From: Dehalococcoidia bacterium
Lineage (GTDB): Bacteria > Chloroflexota > Dehalococcoidia > UBA6926
NCBI GenBank assembly: GCA_965204885.1
Contig: OZ242019.1
Coordinates: forward strand, 1,514,053 to 1,578,052
Length of the DNA stretch: 64,000 nt
Direction of reading: 5' to 3'
Shown here: positions 1-10,008 of the stretch, in pieces
Position numbering within the stretch: the first letter of the stretch is position 1
How the letters are laid out: every line of letters starts with the position of its first letter
Notes under the pieces: generated by a model
Seen by the model: only the letters and a program-made list of their open reading frames with translations
Database searches by the model: none
Told to the model about the DNA's origin: nothing
Program-made: the position numbers and the translations under genes

Positions 1-1
1 C

Positions 2-808
2 GGACGTCTCTTTGACGAATTCGGCGGCGCGGCGGCATTTGGTGTCGCCGCCGGCCTCTCAACCCTGTCTATCGTCTTCCTCCTGCCGGTCAACACTCGC
101 CAGGGCATTCGTGAGGGCACAAAGACCTTGATGACCGTCTTGACGGACACCGTTGAGGGCGCGGCCTTTGTCTGGCGCTACAAGGTCATCCTCGGCCTGA
201 TGACAATCGCCGGCGCATGCATCATCTTCGGTTCGCCGTATCAGACGCAGCTGGTCGTGTTCGCGCGTGATGTTCTGCATCAGGGCGCGACGGTTGCCGG
301 TGATCTTGGCGCGGCAGCGGGAGCCGGATCAATGACCGGGTCCATTGTCCTTGCAACGTTCAGCAGCCCCCGCGCAATCCGCAATCTCATTGTCATGGGC
401 GGGATCGGCTTCGCCCTCGCCCTCATTGCGTTCAGCTTTTCCGAGATTCTGACCCTGTCGTTGCTCTTCGCGTACTTCGCAGGTTTCGGATTCCAGGCGT
501 GCCTCGTGGCGACAACCGCGCGGGCGCAATTCCTCATCAGCGACTCCATGCGCGGGCGACTGTCCGCAATCCGCACAACGACATGGGGAGCCGCGCCCGT
601 TGGATTCACCATGATTGGTTGGCTGGCGGAACAATATGGTGCGCCGACGGCAACCGCAATCATGGGCGCGATTACTCTCAGTCTGGTAATGCTGAATCTG
701 CTGATATTCCGATCCTTGCGCAGCACGTCCGTCCCCGATCGACTTCTGGGTGACGAAGAAGAAGTGGGAGAAGAAGGTGTGGCTCCCTATTCCCGGAGCG
801 CCTCCTAA
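2..808 (+). CDS. MFS transporter, C-terminal portion; the frame is open from the window edge, so the 5' end is truncated
   Basis: Frame 2 has no stop from nt 2. The translation is hydrophobic and multi-TM, typical of the C-terminal half of MFS exporters. Stop at 806-808. Confidence 0.55.
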   Translation, partial: GRLFDEFGGAAAFGVAAGLSTLSIVFLLPVNTRQGIREGTKTLMTVLTDTVEGAAFVWRYKVILGLMTIAGACIIFGSPYQTQLVVFARDVLHQGATVAGDLGAAAGAGSMTGSIVLATFSSPRAIRNLIVMGGIGFALALIAFSFSEILTLSLLFAYFAGFGFQACLVATTARAQFLISDSMRGRLSAIRTTTWGAAPVGFTMIGWLAEQYGAPTATAIMGAITLSLVMLNLLIFRSLRSTSVPDRLLGDEEEVGEEGVAPYSRSAS

Positions 809-812
809 CCCG

Positions 813-1595
813 CTACGGCAAAATGTCCCGCCCCAGCACTCCCTGGATGGTTGCCGTCGTCGTTTCCGCAACCTCCTCAATCAGGACGCCCTTTAATTCC
901 GCCACCTTTGCCGCGACCATCGGCACGTCACGCGGTTCAGTCCAGTTGTTGCGATTCTTCTTGTACGGCTGCGGATACGAATCCGTTTCAAGAACGATGG
1001 ACTCCAGCGGCGCGTGATTGGCGATGATCTCTTGCAGCTCCGGCAGCCGTAGCAGCGGCTTGGCCAGCGAGAGATATATCCCCTGATTCATGCAGGCAAA
1101 CGCATAATCGAGCGGCCCCTGGAAATAGTGGGCGACGGTGGGCACTCTGGCGCCAACCTCCTCCCGGATGATTCTCAGCGGCTCCATACCCGCCTCGCGA
1201 TTGTGAAAAATCACGGGCAGATTCAACTCAACGGCCAACCGCAACTGTGCCCGAAAAGCCTGTTCCTGCGCCCCCCTGTCAGGCCGCCCCGGCTCCCAGT
1301 CGAGCCCGGTCTCGCTGATGCAGACCACCCGCTCATGTGAAGCCAATTCACGCAGTTGCCCGATTTCGCTATCTGAAAGTGGACCGGAGATATCCATCGG
1401 ATGGACGCCTACGCCCGCCCACACGGTTCCGGGGAATCGCTCCGCCAACTGCACACAGCGTTCTGATGATTCGACGGTTACGCCGGCCGCGATGATGCCC
1501 TCAACGCCCGCTTCCCGCGCACGCGCCACGATGTCCGGCCACTCATCGGCGTCATGCTGATCAATGTGCGTGTGTGAGTCAATATATGTCGCCAT
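813..1595 (-). CDS. tatD: TatD-family metal-dependent hydrolase (DNase)
   Basis: N-terminal 'YIDSHTHID' histidine motif; length 260 aa; ATG start at 1593-1595. Confidence 0.85.
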   Translation of the reverse strand: MATYIDSHTHIDQHDADEWPDIVARAREAGVEGIIAAGVTVESSERCVQLAERFPGTVWAGVGVHPMDISGPLSDSEIGQLRELASHERVVCISETGLDWEPGRPDRGAQEQAFRAQLRLAVELNLPVIFHNREAGMEPLRIIREEVGARVPTVAHYFQGPLDYAFACMNQGIYLSLAKPLLRLPELQEIIANHAPLESIVLETDSYPQPYKKNRNNWTEPRDVPMVAAKVAELKGVLIEEVAETTTATIQGVLGRDILP

Positions 1596-1650
1596 TCGGT
1601 CTCCTCAGCTGACCCCATCACCGGCGTAAACAAGTATAATTCGCTGAATT

Positions 1651-4600
1651 GTGCGATTCGAGGGGAGGGTTTGGCGCGTGTCGCCATGGCGGCTGGCGTG
1701 GAGACAAACTAGGGGTAAGAGAGCGCTGGCGCTCGTGGCTTCCCTTGGAATCCTGCTGACGATTACGCTCTCCGTTCTCGGCCCTCTTTATCTCAACACC
1801 GTCGAGCGCCTTGCGTTCCAGGACTACCTCGAACGCAACTCCTTCAACCTGGATGCCACCATCGCAACGAACTTCTCAACGTTCGAACCGGAGCAATACA
1901 ACGGCACGCGCAACGTCATTCTCAGCGCCGCACAGGACACGCTCGGCGATGCGCTGGATCGCCACGGCGTCTACTCAACTGCCTTTTCCATGCGCACCTC
2001 TCTCACCGGCACGGACGAGCAGAACGTCGTCTCGACATTGACTTCTCGAACCGGTTTTGACGACAAGGTCAGCGTCGTTGAAGGCCGCCGCGCGCAGTTT
2101 GTCGCCAGCGGACCGATCGAAGTGATGCTCGGCAGGCAGGCGGCAGAGAAAACGGGGCTGCAGGTTGGCCAACAATTCCGTCTCAACTCCCGGCTCCCAC
2201 CGCCCGCAATGCCCTATGACGCCGTCCTCGTGGGCATTGTGGAAGCGATAGATCCGGAGGAACGCTACTGGGTTCATGCCGGAGGCACCTTCTACGAGCG
2301 AATGGATGCCGAACGCAATAATGCCGGTCTATGGGCAATAAGCCTGATTCTGCCTCAACAAACCCTTGTTGACCGCATCGGCGCGGAGACACCCTCACTT
2401 CTCGGCACCGTCACGGACACCCTGTACATCAACCCGGACCACCTGCTCGAGATGGGACTTGCCAACACCGACGCGGCTGTGGCGGATCTGCAAGGCCGAC
2501 TCACCGCGGATGCGTCCCGCAGCATCTTCATATCCCTGCTCGCGAACCGCCTGCCCGATTTCCGTGATGAAGTCGCTCGCAACCAGATGCCTCTAGTCAT
2601 CGTGCTCGTCATCGTCGGCGCAATACTTCTCTACGCCCTGACGATGATCGCGTTCACCGTCGGTCGAACGACGGAGGGAGTTGTCGGCCTCCTGCGGAGC
2701 AGGGGAGCGGGGGCTCCCCGCACGGTCACACTCATACTTGCCTGGGCGCTTGGCGCGACAGCCCTTTCTGCAATCCTTGCTCCCCTCATCGCTTACGGAG
2801 CAATTCGCGGGCTGGGCGAGCTTGGCGCGTGGAAAGTTGCACTCGACGGCGCGACTCTGATACCGTCTCCGATTGCTCCCGTCCTGCCGTGGCTCGCCGC
2901 CGGCGTCGCCGTCACTATCATCATCATGGCTGTGCCGATCATCGGGGTGTCGCGTGTTCCGGTCTCCACTCTCCAGAGCGAGAGGTCCCGCCCGACAAAT
3001 CTCCCGTGGTTCCGCCGCCTGCATCTGGATATCGTTCTCCTTGTGATCGCCGCGGCCATACTGTGGCAGGTGGAGATACCGGGCGTTGAGGAGGGTGTCG
3101 CCGTCGCGCAAACGGATGGGACGTCACAACTGGACAGGACGGTGCTCATCGTTCCGATTGCGATGACGCTCGCCGCCCTGCTCCTCCTCTACCGCCTCTT
3201 GCCCTTCGGCATACGGCTTGCCGCCGCCATTGCTCGCGCCATTGGGCGGCTGCCGATAGACATGGCGCTGGAACGCATTAATCGCGCTTCCACACCCGCC
3301 GCCGCCCTCGCCGGCCTGCTCCTGCTGTTTGGCGTACTCGGCGTTTTCGTCGCCACTTTTGGCGGGACGCTGGACAAAGCGGCGGCAGACCAGGCGATCT
3401 TTCAGGCAGGTGTAGATGTTCGACTTGATCGCTCTCAATCCTTCGACGAGAAGTCATTCGCTGAGGTGACGGATGACTTCCGGGCTATGGAAGGGGTGCA
3501 GGACGCGTCTGCCGCCTATTCAAGCCAGGCCGGTCTGGGCTCAAACCAGGTGGGAACCCTCGTACCGATTATCGGCATCGATCCGTCCACCATCGCCGGC
3601 TTGCTGGAGTTCCGTGAAGACTTTGCCGAAGTCCCCATGGAGCAGCTTCTCATCGATCTTGCCCTCACGGATGAATCGCCGGCGCCCCCACGCGCCATTC
3701 CGGATGGAACGCAGCGCGTGGGCGTGTGGGTCAATCCGGAACTCCCACAGGCCAATCGATTCCTCTGGCTTCAGATCATCGATGGCCTTGGGAGACCGGA
3801 CACATACAGCCTTGGAGGGCTGGACTTTTCAGGCTGGCGATTCCTCGAAACGAGACTCGCGCGCGGCAATCAGCCTCCGCCCCCCGGCCCCTACACACTC
3901 AACAGCATCATGATTTATGAACCTGTCGAGGGCGCGAGCGGAACGCCCGGGTCTTTTGAGCTTGACGACTTTGTCGCGATTGATGCCTCGGGAACGCAAA
4001 CTGTTATTGAAGACTTTGACCGGGCCACCGGTTGGCTGCCCATCCTCCTGACCGGGGACCGGCGTGACGTCATTGAGACCGGCGCATCTTCTGGCGAACG
4101 CCGGGACACGTTGAGATTCGTCTGGGGACGTGATACGCGTGACGGCGTGCGCGGCATCTACATCTCACCGGGCGCGTCCTCCATACCCATGCTTGCCTCC
4201 GCCGACCTGCTACTGAATCGCGGCTGGCAGGTGGGCAGTTTGGCGGCGGTGCATGTGGCGGACCGACTCGTCCCTATCCGAATCGTTGGTTCCCTCACCA
4301 GTTTTCCGACAATTGAGCCCGGATCGGCCGGATTCCTGGTTGCCAACGGTCAATCGCTCATTGACCACGTTAACGCCGTCAGCGTCACCAACAAGCTCTG
4401 GCCGAATCGGGTCTTTCTCTCGCTGCCTGACGTGCCTGAGCAGAGGGCGGCTATCGTGGACACAATCGTGAACGACGAACGATATTCAGGCCGGGTGGTG
4501 GACCGCATCACAATACAGGAAGAGACGCAGCAAAGCCCGCTCGCGTCCGCCGGATGGCGCGGCATGACGCTCATCGCCTTGGTTGCGGGTATTGGATCTC

Positions 4601-4974
4601 TGCTCATTGGTGTTGCAGCGCACGCCGCCGGCGCAGCGTCGGATCGAGCGCGTGACAATGCCGTGCTGCGCGCGTTGGGCGTTCCGCGATTCACGGCGCT
4701 GTTCTCCTTTGCCGTGGAATACGTATCGATCGTCCTCCCGGCCGGGGCAGGCGCAATAGCCGTCGGGGTGTACCTGAGCTGGATTCTCGTGCCGCGATTC
4801 CAGGGCCTTGCCGGAACAGAACCTGTGCCCAGCCTGATCCTGTCTCCAGACTGGCAGGTGGCCGGGCTGGTCATCGGTTTGATATGCGCCGCAGGCCTTG
4901 GCTTGGCGGCGGCCTTGTGGCGCGCATACGTGTCGCAGCCCGTCGCATGGGTCCTGCGCGGGGCGGAGGCGTAG
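1651..4974 (+). CDS. Large ABC-transporter permease with two FtsX-type 4-TM modules separated by large extracytoplasmic domains (MacB/YbbP-like)
   Basis: 1107 aa. TM clusters fall near residues 25-50, 330-450, 480-560 and 990-1090. GTG start at 1651 (alternative GTG at 1678). It is followed 2 nt later by a paralogue. Confidence 0.7.
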   Translation: MRFEGRVWRVSPWRLAWRQTRGKRALALVASLGILLTITLSVLGPLYLNTVERLAFQDYLERNSFNLDATIATNFSTFEPEQYNGTRNVILSAAQDTLGDALDRHGVYSTAFSMRTSLTGTDEQNVVSTLTSRTGFDDKVSVVEGRRAQFVASGPIEVMLGRQAAEKTGLQVGQQFRLNSRLPPPAMPYDAVLVGIVEAIDPEERYWVHAGGTFYERMDAERNNAGLWAISLILPQQTLVDRIGAETPSLLGTVTDTLYINPDHLLEMGLANTDAAVADLQGRLTADASRSIFISLLANRLPDFRDEVARNQMPLVIVLVIVGAILLYALTMIAFTVGRTTEGVVGLLRSRGAGAPRTVTLILAWALGATALSAILAPLIAYGAIRGLGELGAWKVALDGATLIPSPIAPVLPWLAAGVAVTIIIMAVPIIGVSRVPVSTLQSERSRPTNLPWFRRLHLDIVLLVIAAAILWQVEIPGVEEGVAVAQTDGTSQLDRTVLIVPIAMTLAALLLLYRLLPFGIRLAAAIARAIGRLPIDMALERINRASTPAAALAGLLLLFGVLGVFVATFGGTLDKAAADQAIFQAGVDVRLDRSQSFDEKSFAEVTDDFRAMEGVQDASAAYSSQAGLGSNQVGTLVPIIGIDPSTIAGLLEFREDFAEVPMEQLLIDLALTDESPAPPRAIPDGTQRVGVWVNPELPQANRFLWLQIIDGLGRPDTYSLGGLDFSGWRFLETRLARGNQPPPPGPYTLNSIMIYEPVEGASGTPGSFELDDFVAIDASGTQTVIEDFDRATGWLPILLTGDRRDVIETGASSGERRDTLRFVWGRDTRDGVRGIYISPGASSIPMLASADLLLNRGWQVGSLAAVHVADRLVPIRIVGSLTSFPTIEPGSAGFLVANGQSLIDHVNAVSVTNKLWPNRVFLSLPDVPEQRAAIVDTIVNDERYSGRVVDRITIQEETQQSPLASAGWRGMTLIALVAGIGSLLIGVAAHAAGAASDRARDNAVLRALGVPRFTALFSFAVEYVSIVLPAGAGAIAVGVYLSWILVPRFQGLAGTEPVPSLILSPDWQVAGLVIGLICAAGLGLAAALWRAYVSQPVAWVLRGAEA

Positions 4975-4975
4975 C

Positions 4976-7900
4976 GTGGGCCTGAGACTCCTCCCACTCG
5001 TGTTTCGGCGACTGCGTACGTACGCGCCCCTGTTGCTGCCCGTTCTCCTCGGCGCCACTGTTGCCGCCGCCACCATGGCCAGCATCGTCATCTACACACA
5101 GGCCCTCCGCGATTTGGGACTGAGCCACGCCATCAATAACGCCGATGAGAGATCGCTCGATCTTGAGGTTCATTTCCAGACTTCCGGTGTTGATCGCGAG
5201 GTCTATGACCGTGCAACGGGCCGCGTTCATTCGAGCGTGTCGAATGCATTTGAAGGCCTGGCCGAACGGGAAATCTTCAGTGTGCGCTCTTCAACATTCC
5301 TCGTCCCCACTGACGGTTCTGACGGAATCGACCTCGAAGTAACCCCGCGCGCAACCTTCCACGTCCTCGAATCGAATCAGAAACTCCTCGCCCTGGAGGG
5401 CCGGATGCCGGAACCGGGTGTCGTTGAGATGAATGACGGCATCGCCACCGTTGAGGCCGTGGCAATGCGGCAGGGCGCGGAGTACCTCAACCTCTCCATC
5501 GGCGATACCGTTCCCTTTATCCCGTTCTGGGAGGATAGGACGAGCAAGATAAACGTCCGCCTAACCGGCGTCGCCTCCCCCGTCGATCCTGAAGCCCATT
5601 ATTGGGACACCCCGGCATTACAAAGGATGGTGCGCGAGCCGACGCTTCTGAGCACACTTCCTGTCATCGTTCCTGAATCCACCGTCGTGGACATCGTCGG
5701 AGCGATGTTCGTCAAGGCGGACGGCTCATATTACTCACGGTATTTGACGAACCCCACCGAGATTCGCGCAGCGGATTCTGAACGTTTCGCGAGGGCGATT
5801 GCTGTCCTAAACGGTTCACTCGGCGGCTCAGTGGACGGCTACAGGCAGAACACGGAACTCGATGACGTGCTGAATACGTATGACACGCGCATCCGGTTCA
5901 TAGAAGCGCCCATCGCCATCATGCTTTTCCTCGTGACCGCGATGGTTCTGTATGCCATCGTTTTCCTCGCCGGCCTTGTCACGGACAGGCAGAGGGCGGA
6001 CGCCGCGCTTCTCCGCAGCCGCGGCGCACGCACTCCGCAAGTGCTCCAGATTTATGCCGTCCAGGGCCTCCTTGTGACCGCTGCCGCCTCCGCTGCCGCT
6101 CCATTCATCGCCGCCGGTCTCATCGCAAGCATCGGCTACTTGCCCGTCTTTGCATCACTGGGTGACGGTGGCCCCTTGCGTGTTTCCGTTTCGCCGCTGG
6201 CCTTTGGCCTGGCAGCCATTGGAGGCCTGCTTGCATTCGCCGTCCTTCTCGTTCCCACCCTCCGCCTTGCCCGCCGCAACCTCTTGGAGGAACGTCGCCT
6301 CATCGTCCGTCCCAACCAGGTCGGATTCGTCCAGCGCTATTACCTGGATGTTGGATTGGCCGCAGCTGGGCTCATTTTCCTGTGGCAGTTAGGTCAGCAG
6401 GGATCGTTGGTCGCGGATGCCCTTTCCGGCCAGCAGGGCGCGGATCTCTTCTTGCTGCTCATTCCGACACTGTTCCTGCTTTCCGCCGGTCTGCTCTTGT
6501 TGCGTGTTCTCCCGATTATTGGCGGCCTCGTCGCCCGTATCGCCGCGCCTGCGTCGCCAACTTGGCTCGCGCTTGGTCTCTGGCAGGTCGGACGGAACCC
6601 GCTATCCGTCACGCGATTGGTGCTTCTTCTCGTGCTTGCAGCCGGACTCGGCGCGTTCGCCGCGAGCTTCGGCGGCACACTTGACCGCAGCTACGAGGAA
6701 CGGGCTCGATACGAGGCTGGCGCGGATGTGCGCATTACGACCGCCGCCATCGCGCGCAACGATGGACCAACCCAGGACATGCAGGCTCTCGTAGAGGCGC
6801 CCGACGGCGTGGCCGCCGCGGCGCGCGTTTTTCGGTCTGAAGGCGGTTTCGCGGCAGGTTCATCTACAGATCGTTTCCAGGTGCTGGCCGTTGACGCCCC
6901 CACACTCAAGAACGTGACATGGTGGCGCGACGACTTCGCGTCCAACTCCCTGGACGAAACGCTTAACGCTGTTGATGCTCACGCGATCGAAAACTGGGGC
7001 ATCAGGCTGCCGAACGACGCCCGCTATCTGGGCCTTTGGGTTCGCAGCGCCGAGCAGCCGGACCCCCGCTCCAATCTGGCCGCAATCGTCGAAGACGGCA
7101 ACGGCCGTTACTTCACCATGTTCATGGGCAACCTTGAAAGCACGGAATGGACGTATAGAGAAGCCCCACTCGAGCCTATTCGCCGTTTCTCATTCCGCCG
7201 CGCCGTCCCCACAATCCAACCTACCGGGCCCTTCACCCTCGTCTCCCTTCAGATCGTGCAGCGCTCCCGCTCTGAAGGCATGTCTGCCGGAGCCTTCTAC
7301 GTCGACGAAATCATGACTCGAACTGCCGCAGAGGGTTCTGAGCCGGTTTCCGTCCGCCGATTCACAAGCAAGAATGACTTGGCCGTCATAAGCATCGGCC
7401 CCCTTACGCGCACGGATTCCCTGCAACTTCTCGGCGGCGCAGGACGCGACGGCGGCTCGTCACTCCTCTTCAGTTGGGGCGCGACGACAGCATTTGTCCA
7501 GCGTGGCTTCTACGCCGGCCCGCAGACCTATGAACTGCCGATGCTCGCCAGCCCCGGCATCCTGCGCGCCTCTGGCCTCCGCGTCGGCGACACCCTCGAT
7601 ATCGGCGTCGGTACTGCCCGCGTCCCCGGCACAATCGTCGGCGTCGTCGACTTCTTCCCCACCATGAATCCAACCGAGGGCGCGGGCTATGTCATAACGG
7701 AGATCCAGGGCCTTTTACGCCACCAGAATCTCGTCGGGCAGGGACAGGAAGTGCAGGCGAACGAAGTCTGGTATCGCCTCGATGAGGGCTTGGCAGGCGA
7801 GGAGCGATCTGAGGCCTTGCAAGGTATCATGCAGTCCGTCGGCGCAAACCAGATCATCGACCGCGAGGAATTGATCGCCACCTCGCAGGCAGACCCACTC

Positions 7901-8335
7901 GTGGCGGCAGGGTGGGGCGCTCTGCTATTGGTTGCCTATGGCGCAGTGCTCTTCCTGGGTGGGACGTGCTTTGTTGCCCACTCCATCCTGACAGTTGGTG
8001 AGCGGGGCAGACAATTCGCCCTGCTCCGCACCCTGGGCCTCAACGGCCCCCAGATTCGCGCCGTCGTCTGGTTTGAACACATGCTGGTTGTCGGCATAGG
8101 AATCGGGGCCGGATTCCTGCTCGGACAGAGGACGGGCGCGCTCCTGATGCCGTTCCTTGATCGTACGCAGGATGGCGTTGCTGTGCTGCCTCCGTACATC
8201 ATTGAAACGAGCGCCGTCTCCATCGGCATCGTCTACGCGCTCATGGCCGCCGTGTTCATCGCCGCCACGGCATTCGTCGTGCGCATGTACAATACGCTAG
8301 CCCTCGGCCAAACACTCCGCATTGGTGAGGACTGA
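4976..8335 (+). CDS. Second large FtsX-type ABC permease (paralogue of 1651-4974)
   Basis: An in-frame GTG at 4976 gives 'VGLRLLPLVFRRLRTYAPLLLPVLLG', a typical N-terminus. It sits 2 nt after the upstream stop; the ORF-track start at 4898 overlaps the upstream gene and is unlikely. Architecture matches the first permease. Confidence 0.7.
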   Translation: MGLRLLPLVFRRLRTYAPLLLPVLLGATVAAATMASIVIYTQALRDLGLSHAINNADERSLDLEVHFQTSGVDREVYDRATGRVHSSVSNAFEGLAEREIFSVRSSTFLVPTDGSDGIDLEVTPRATFHVLESNQKLLALEGRMPEPGVVEMNDGIATVEAVAMRQGAEYLNLSIGDTVPFIPFWEDRTSKINVRLTGVASPVDPEAHYWDTPALQRMVREPTLLSTLPVIVPESTVVDIVGAMFVKADGSYYSRYLTNPTEIRAADSERFARAIAVLNGSLGGSVDGYRQNTELDDVLNTYDTRIRFIEAPIAIMLFLVTAMVLYAIVFLAGLVTDRQRADAALLRSRGARTPQVLQIYAVQGLLVTAAASAAAPFIAAGLIASIGYLPVFASLGDGGPLRVSVSPLAFGLAAIGGLLAFAVLLVPTLRLARRNLLEERRLIVRPNQVGFVQRYYLDVGLAAAGLIFLWQLGQQGSLVADALSGQQGADLFLLLIPTLFLLSAGLLLLRVLPIIGGLVARIAAPASPTWLALGLWQVGRNPLSVTRLVLLLVLAAGLGAFAASFGGTLDRSYEERARYEAGADVRITTAAIARNDGPTQDMQALVEAPDGVAAAARVFRSEGGFAAGSSTDRFQVLAVDAPTLKNVTWWRDDFASNSLDETLNAVDAHAIENWGIRLPNDARYLGLWVRSAEQPDPRSNLAAIVEDGNGRYFTMFMGNLESTEWTYREAPLEPIRRFSFRRAVPTIQPTGPFTLVSLQIVQRSRSEGMSAGAFYVDEIMTRTAAEGSEPVSVRRFTSKNDLAVISIGPLTRTDSLQLLGGAGRDGGSSLLFSWGATTAFVQRGFYAGPQTYELPMLASPGILRASGLRVGDTLDIGVGTARVPGTIVGVVDFFPTMNPTEGAGYVITEIQGLLRHQNLVGQGQEVQANEVWYRLDEGLAGEERSEALQGIMQSVGANQIIDREELIATSQADPLVAAGWGALLLVAYGAVLFLGGTCFVAHSILTVGERGRQFALLRTLGLNGPQIRAVVWFEHMLVVGIGIGAGFLLGQRTGALLMPFLDRTQDGVAVLPPYIIETSAVSIGIVYALMAAVFIAATAFVVRMYNTLALGQTLRIGED

Positions 8336-8350
8336 GGAGCAGTCATACTG

Positions 8351-9259
8351 ATGACAATGACCAATCACAACCGTCCTCGCGATGTCCACATCGTTTGTAG
8401 AGACCTGTTCAAGATCTACAAGGCACAAGACCTTGAAGTTGTTGCCCTGCGCGGCCTTGATTTCCAGGCGGCGCGCGGCGAAATCGTCGCGATTGTCGGC
8501 GCAAGCGGAAGTGGCAAATCCACCCTCCTCAACATCCTTGCCGGCTATGACGCTCCCTCCGCCGGGGATATTCGGGTCGGTGACCGTGATTTGCTCGTCA
8601 TGCGCGGGCGGGCTGTAGAATCCTATCGCCTCCGTGAAGTCGGGTTCGTCTGGCAGCAGACGGGGCGCAATCTCGTTCCCTATCTCACTGCGCGTGAAAA
8701 CGTGGAACTCCCCATGTTGCTGGCAGGTGTCGGCGGCTCGCAGCGCCGTGCCAGGGCAGAGGAACTATTGGACGCCGTTGGTCTCGCCGAAAGAGAAACG
8801 CACCGCGCCAATGAATTGTCCGGTGGTGAGCAGCAGCGCGTGGCCATCGCCATTGCGCTGGCAAATCAGCCTGACCTGCTCTTGGCAGACGAGCCAACAG
8901 GCGAGCTCGATACGGAAACCGCGAGAACAATCTTGAACCTCTTCCAGTCCCTGAGAGACCGCTACGGCACAACGATCGTCATCGTGAGTCACGATCCGGA
9001 GATTTCCAATTTCGTCGATAGAGTCATCATCATCCGGGACGGCCGCGCGAGCGCAGAGATAGTCTCACTGCATTCTTTCAGGCCGGCCGAGGATAACGGC
9101 GCTTCAGAACCTCCACGTGAATATATCCTCGTCGACAGCATGGGGCGACTACAGCTCCCGCGAGAACTGATGGATCGGGTACGCCTCCGTGAGAGGGCGG
9201 TCGTGACTGTTGACGGAGACCGCGTCGTTGTGACTCCGTCGGAGTCGGGAGAGTTGTAG
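8351..9259 (+). CDS. ABC transporter ATP-binding protein (MacB/LolD-like) with a ~70-aa C-terminal extension
   Basis: Walker A 'GASGSGKST', signature 'LSGGEQQRVAIA', Walker B 'LLLADEPTGELD', H-loop 'VIVSHD'. RBS GAGGAG at 8334-8339. Confidence 0.9.
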   Translation: MTMTNHNRPRDVHIVCRDLFKIYKAQDLEVVALRGLDFQAARGEIVAIVGASGSGKSTLLNILAGYDAPSAGDIRVGDRDLLVMRGRAVESYRLREVGFVWQQTGRNLVPYLTARENVELPMLLAGVGGSQRRARAEELLDAVGLAERETHRANELSGGEQQRVAIAIALANQPDLLLADEPTGELDTETARTILNLFQSLRDRYGTTIVIVSHDPEISNFVDRVIIIRDGRASAEIVSLHSFRPAEDNGASEPPREYILVDSMGRLQLPRELMDRVRLRERAVVTVDGDRVVVTPSESGEL

Positions 9260-9263
9260 ACCG

Positions 9264-10001
9264 ATGATGAACGAATCGCGAGACGGAGCAGGGCCGGCTG
9301 TTCTTGCCGAGGCGCGCGGCGTCGAGCGCATTTACACGTTGGGAGCGGAGCGCCTGCACGCTTTGCGCGGCGTTGATATGCAGGGCTCGGCAGGAGAATT
9401 CATCGCGCTCATTGGACGTTCCGGCTCCGGTAAGACCACCCTTCTGAACATCCTCGTTGGACTTGACCGGGCCACCACCGGCGAGGCGTTTCTCGCGGGA
9501 CAGCGGTTGAACGGCCTCTCTGAAGAAGGCCGCGCCGCGCTGCGGCGGCAGCATGTTGGCATCGTCTTCCAGTCATCGTCGCTCATGCCGTTGCTCACGG
9601 CTGCCGAGAATGTGGAGCTGCCGCTCCGCATCTCCGGCTGGTCGCGCAGAGACCGTGAAGAGCGCGCCCGCGAAGTGATGGATCGGGTGGGGCTGTTGCA
9701 CCGGATGCGCCACAGGCCTTATGAGCTCTCCGGTGGAGAGCAACAGCGTGTCGGCATCGCCCGCGCCATCGCGTCACGGCCCTCGGTCCTCATTGCCGAC
9801 GAGCCAACCGGAGAACTGGATTCCGTTTCGGCTCAGACTGTCTTTTCACTCTTCAGGAGCCTGGTGGAGGAAGAGAAAGTCCTCATTATCACCGCCACGC
9901 ATGACCGTGCAATCATGTCTGCCGCGGACCGTGTCCTCGAACTCAGGGACGGCCTCCTCACCCGGGAATCAACGCCCGAGCGAGAGCCTGTCTCTGAGTA
10001 A
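9264..10001 (+). CDS. ABC transporter ATP-binding protein (second NBD of the exporter)
   Basis: 'GRSGSGKTT', 'LSGGEQQRVGIARA', 'VLIADEPTGELD', 'ITATHD'. Confidence 0.9.
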   Translation: MMNESRDGAGPAVLAEARGVERIYTLGAERLHALRGVDMQGSAGEFIALIGRSGSGKTTLLNILVGLDRATTGEAFLAGQRLNGLSEEGRAALRRQHVGIVFQSSSLMPLLTAAENVELPLRISGWSRRDREERAREVMDRVGLLHRMRHRPYELSGGEQQRVGIARAIASRPSVLIADEPTGELDSVSAQTVFSLFRSLVEEEKVLIITATHDRAIMSAADRVLELRDGLLTRESTPEREPVSE

Positions 10002-10008
10002 CGTTCGT

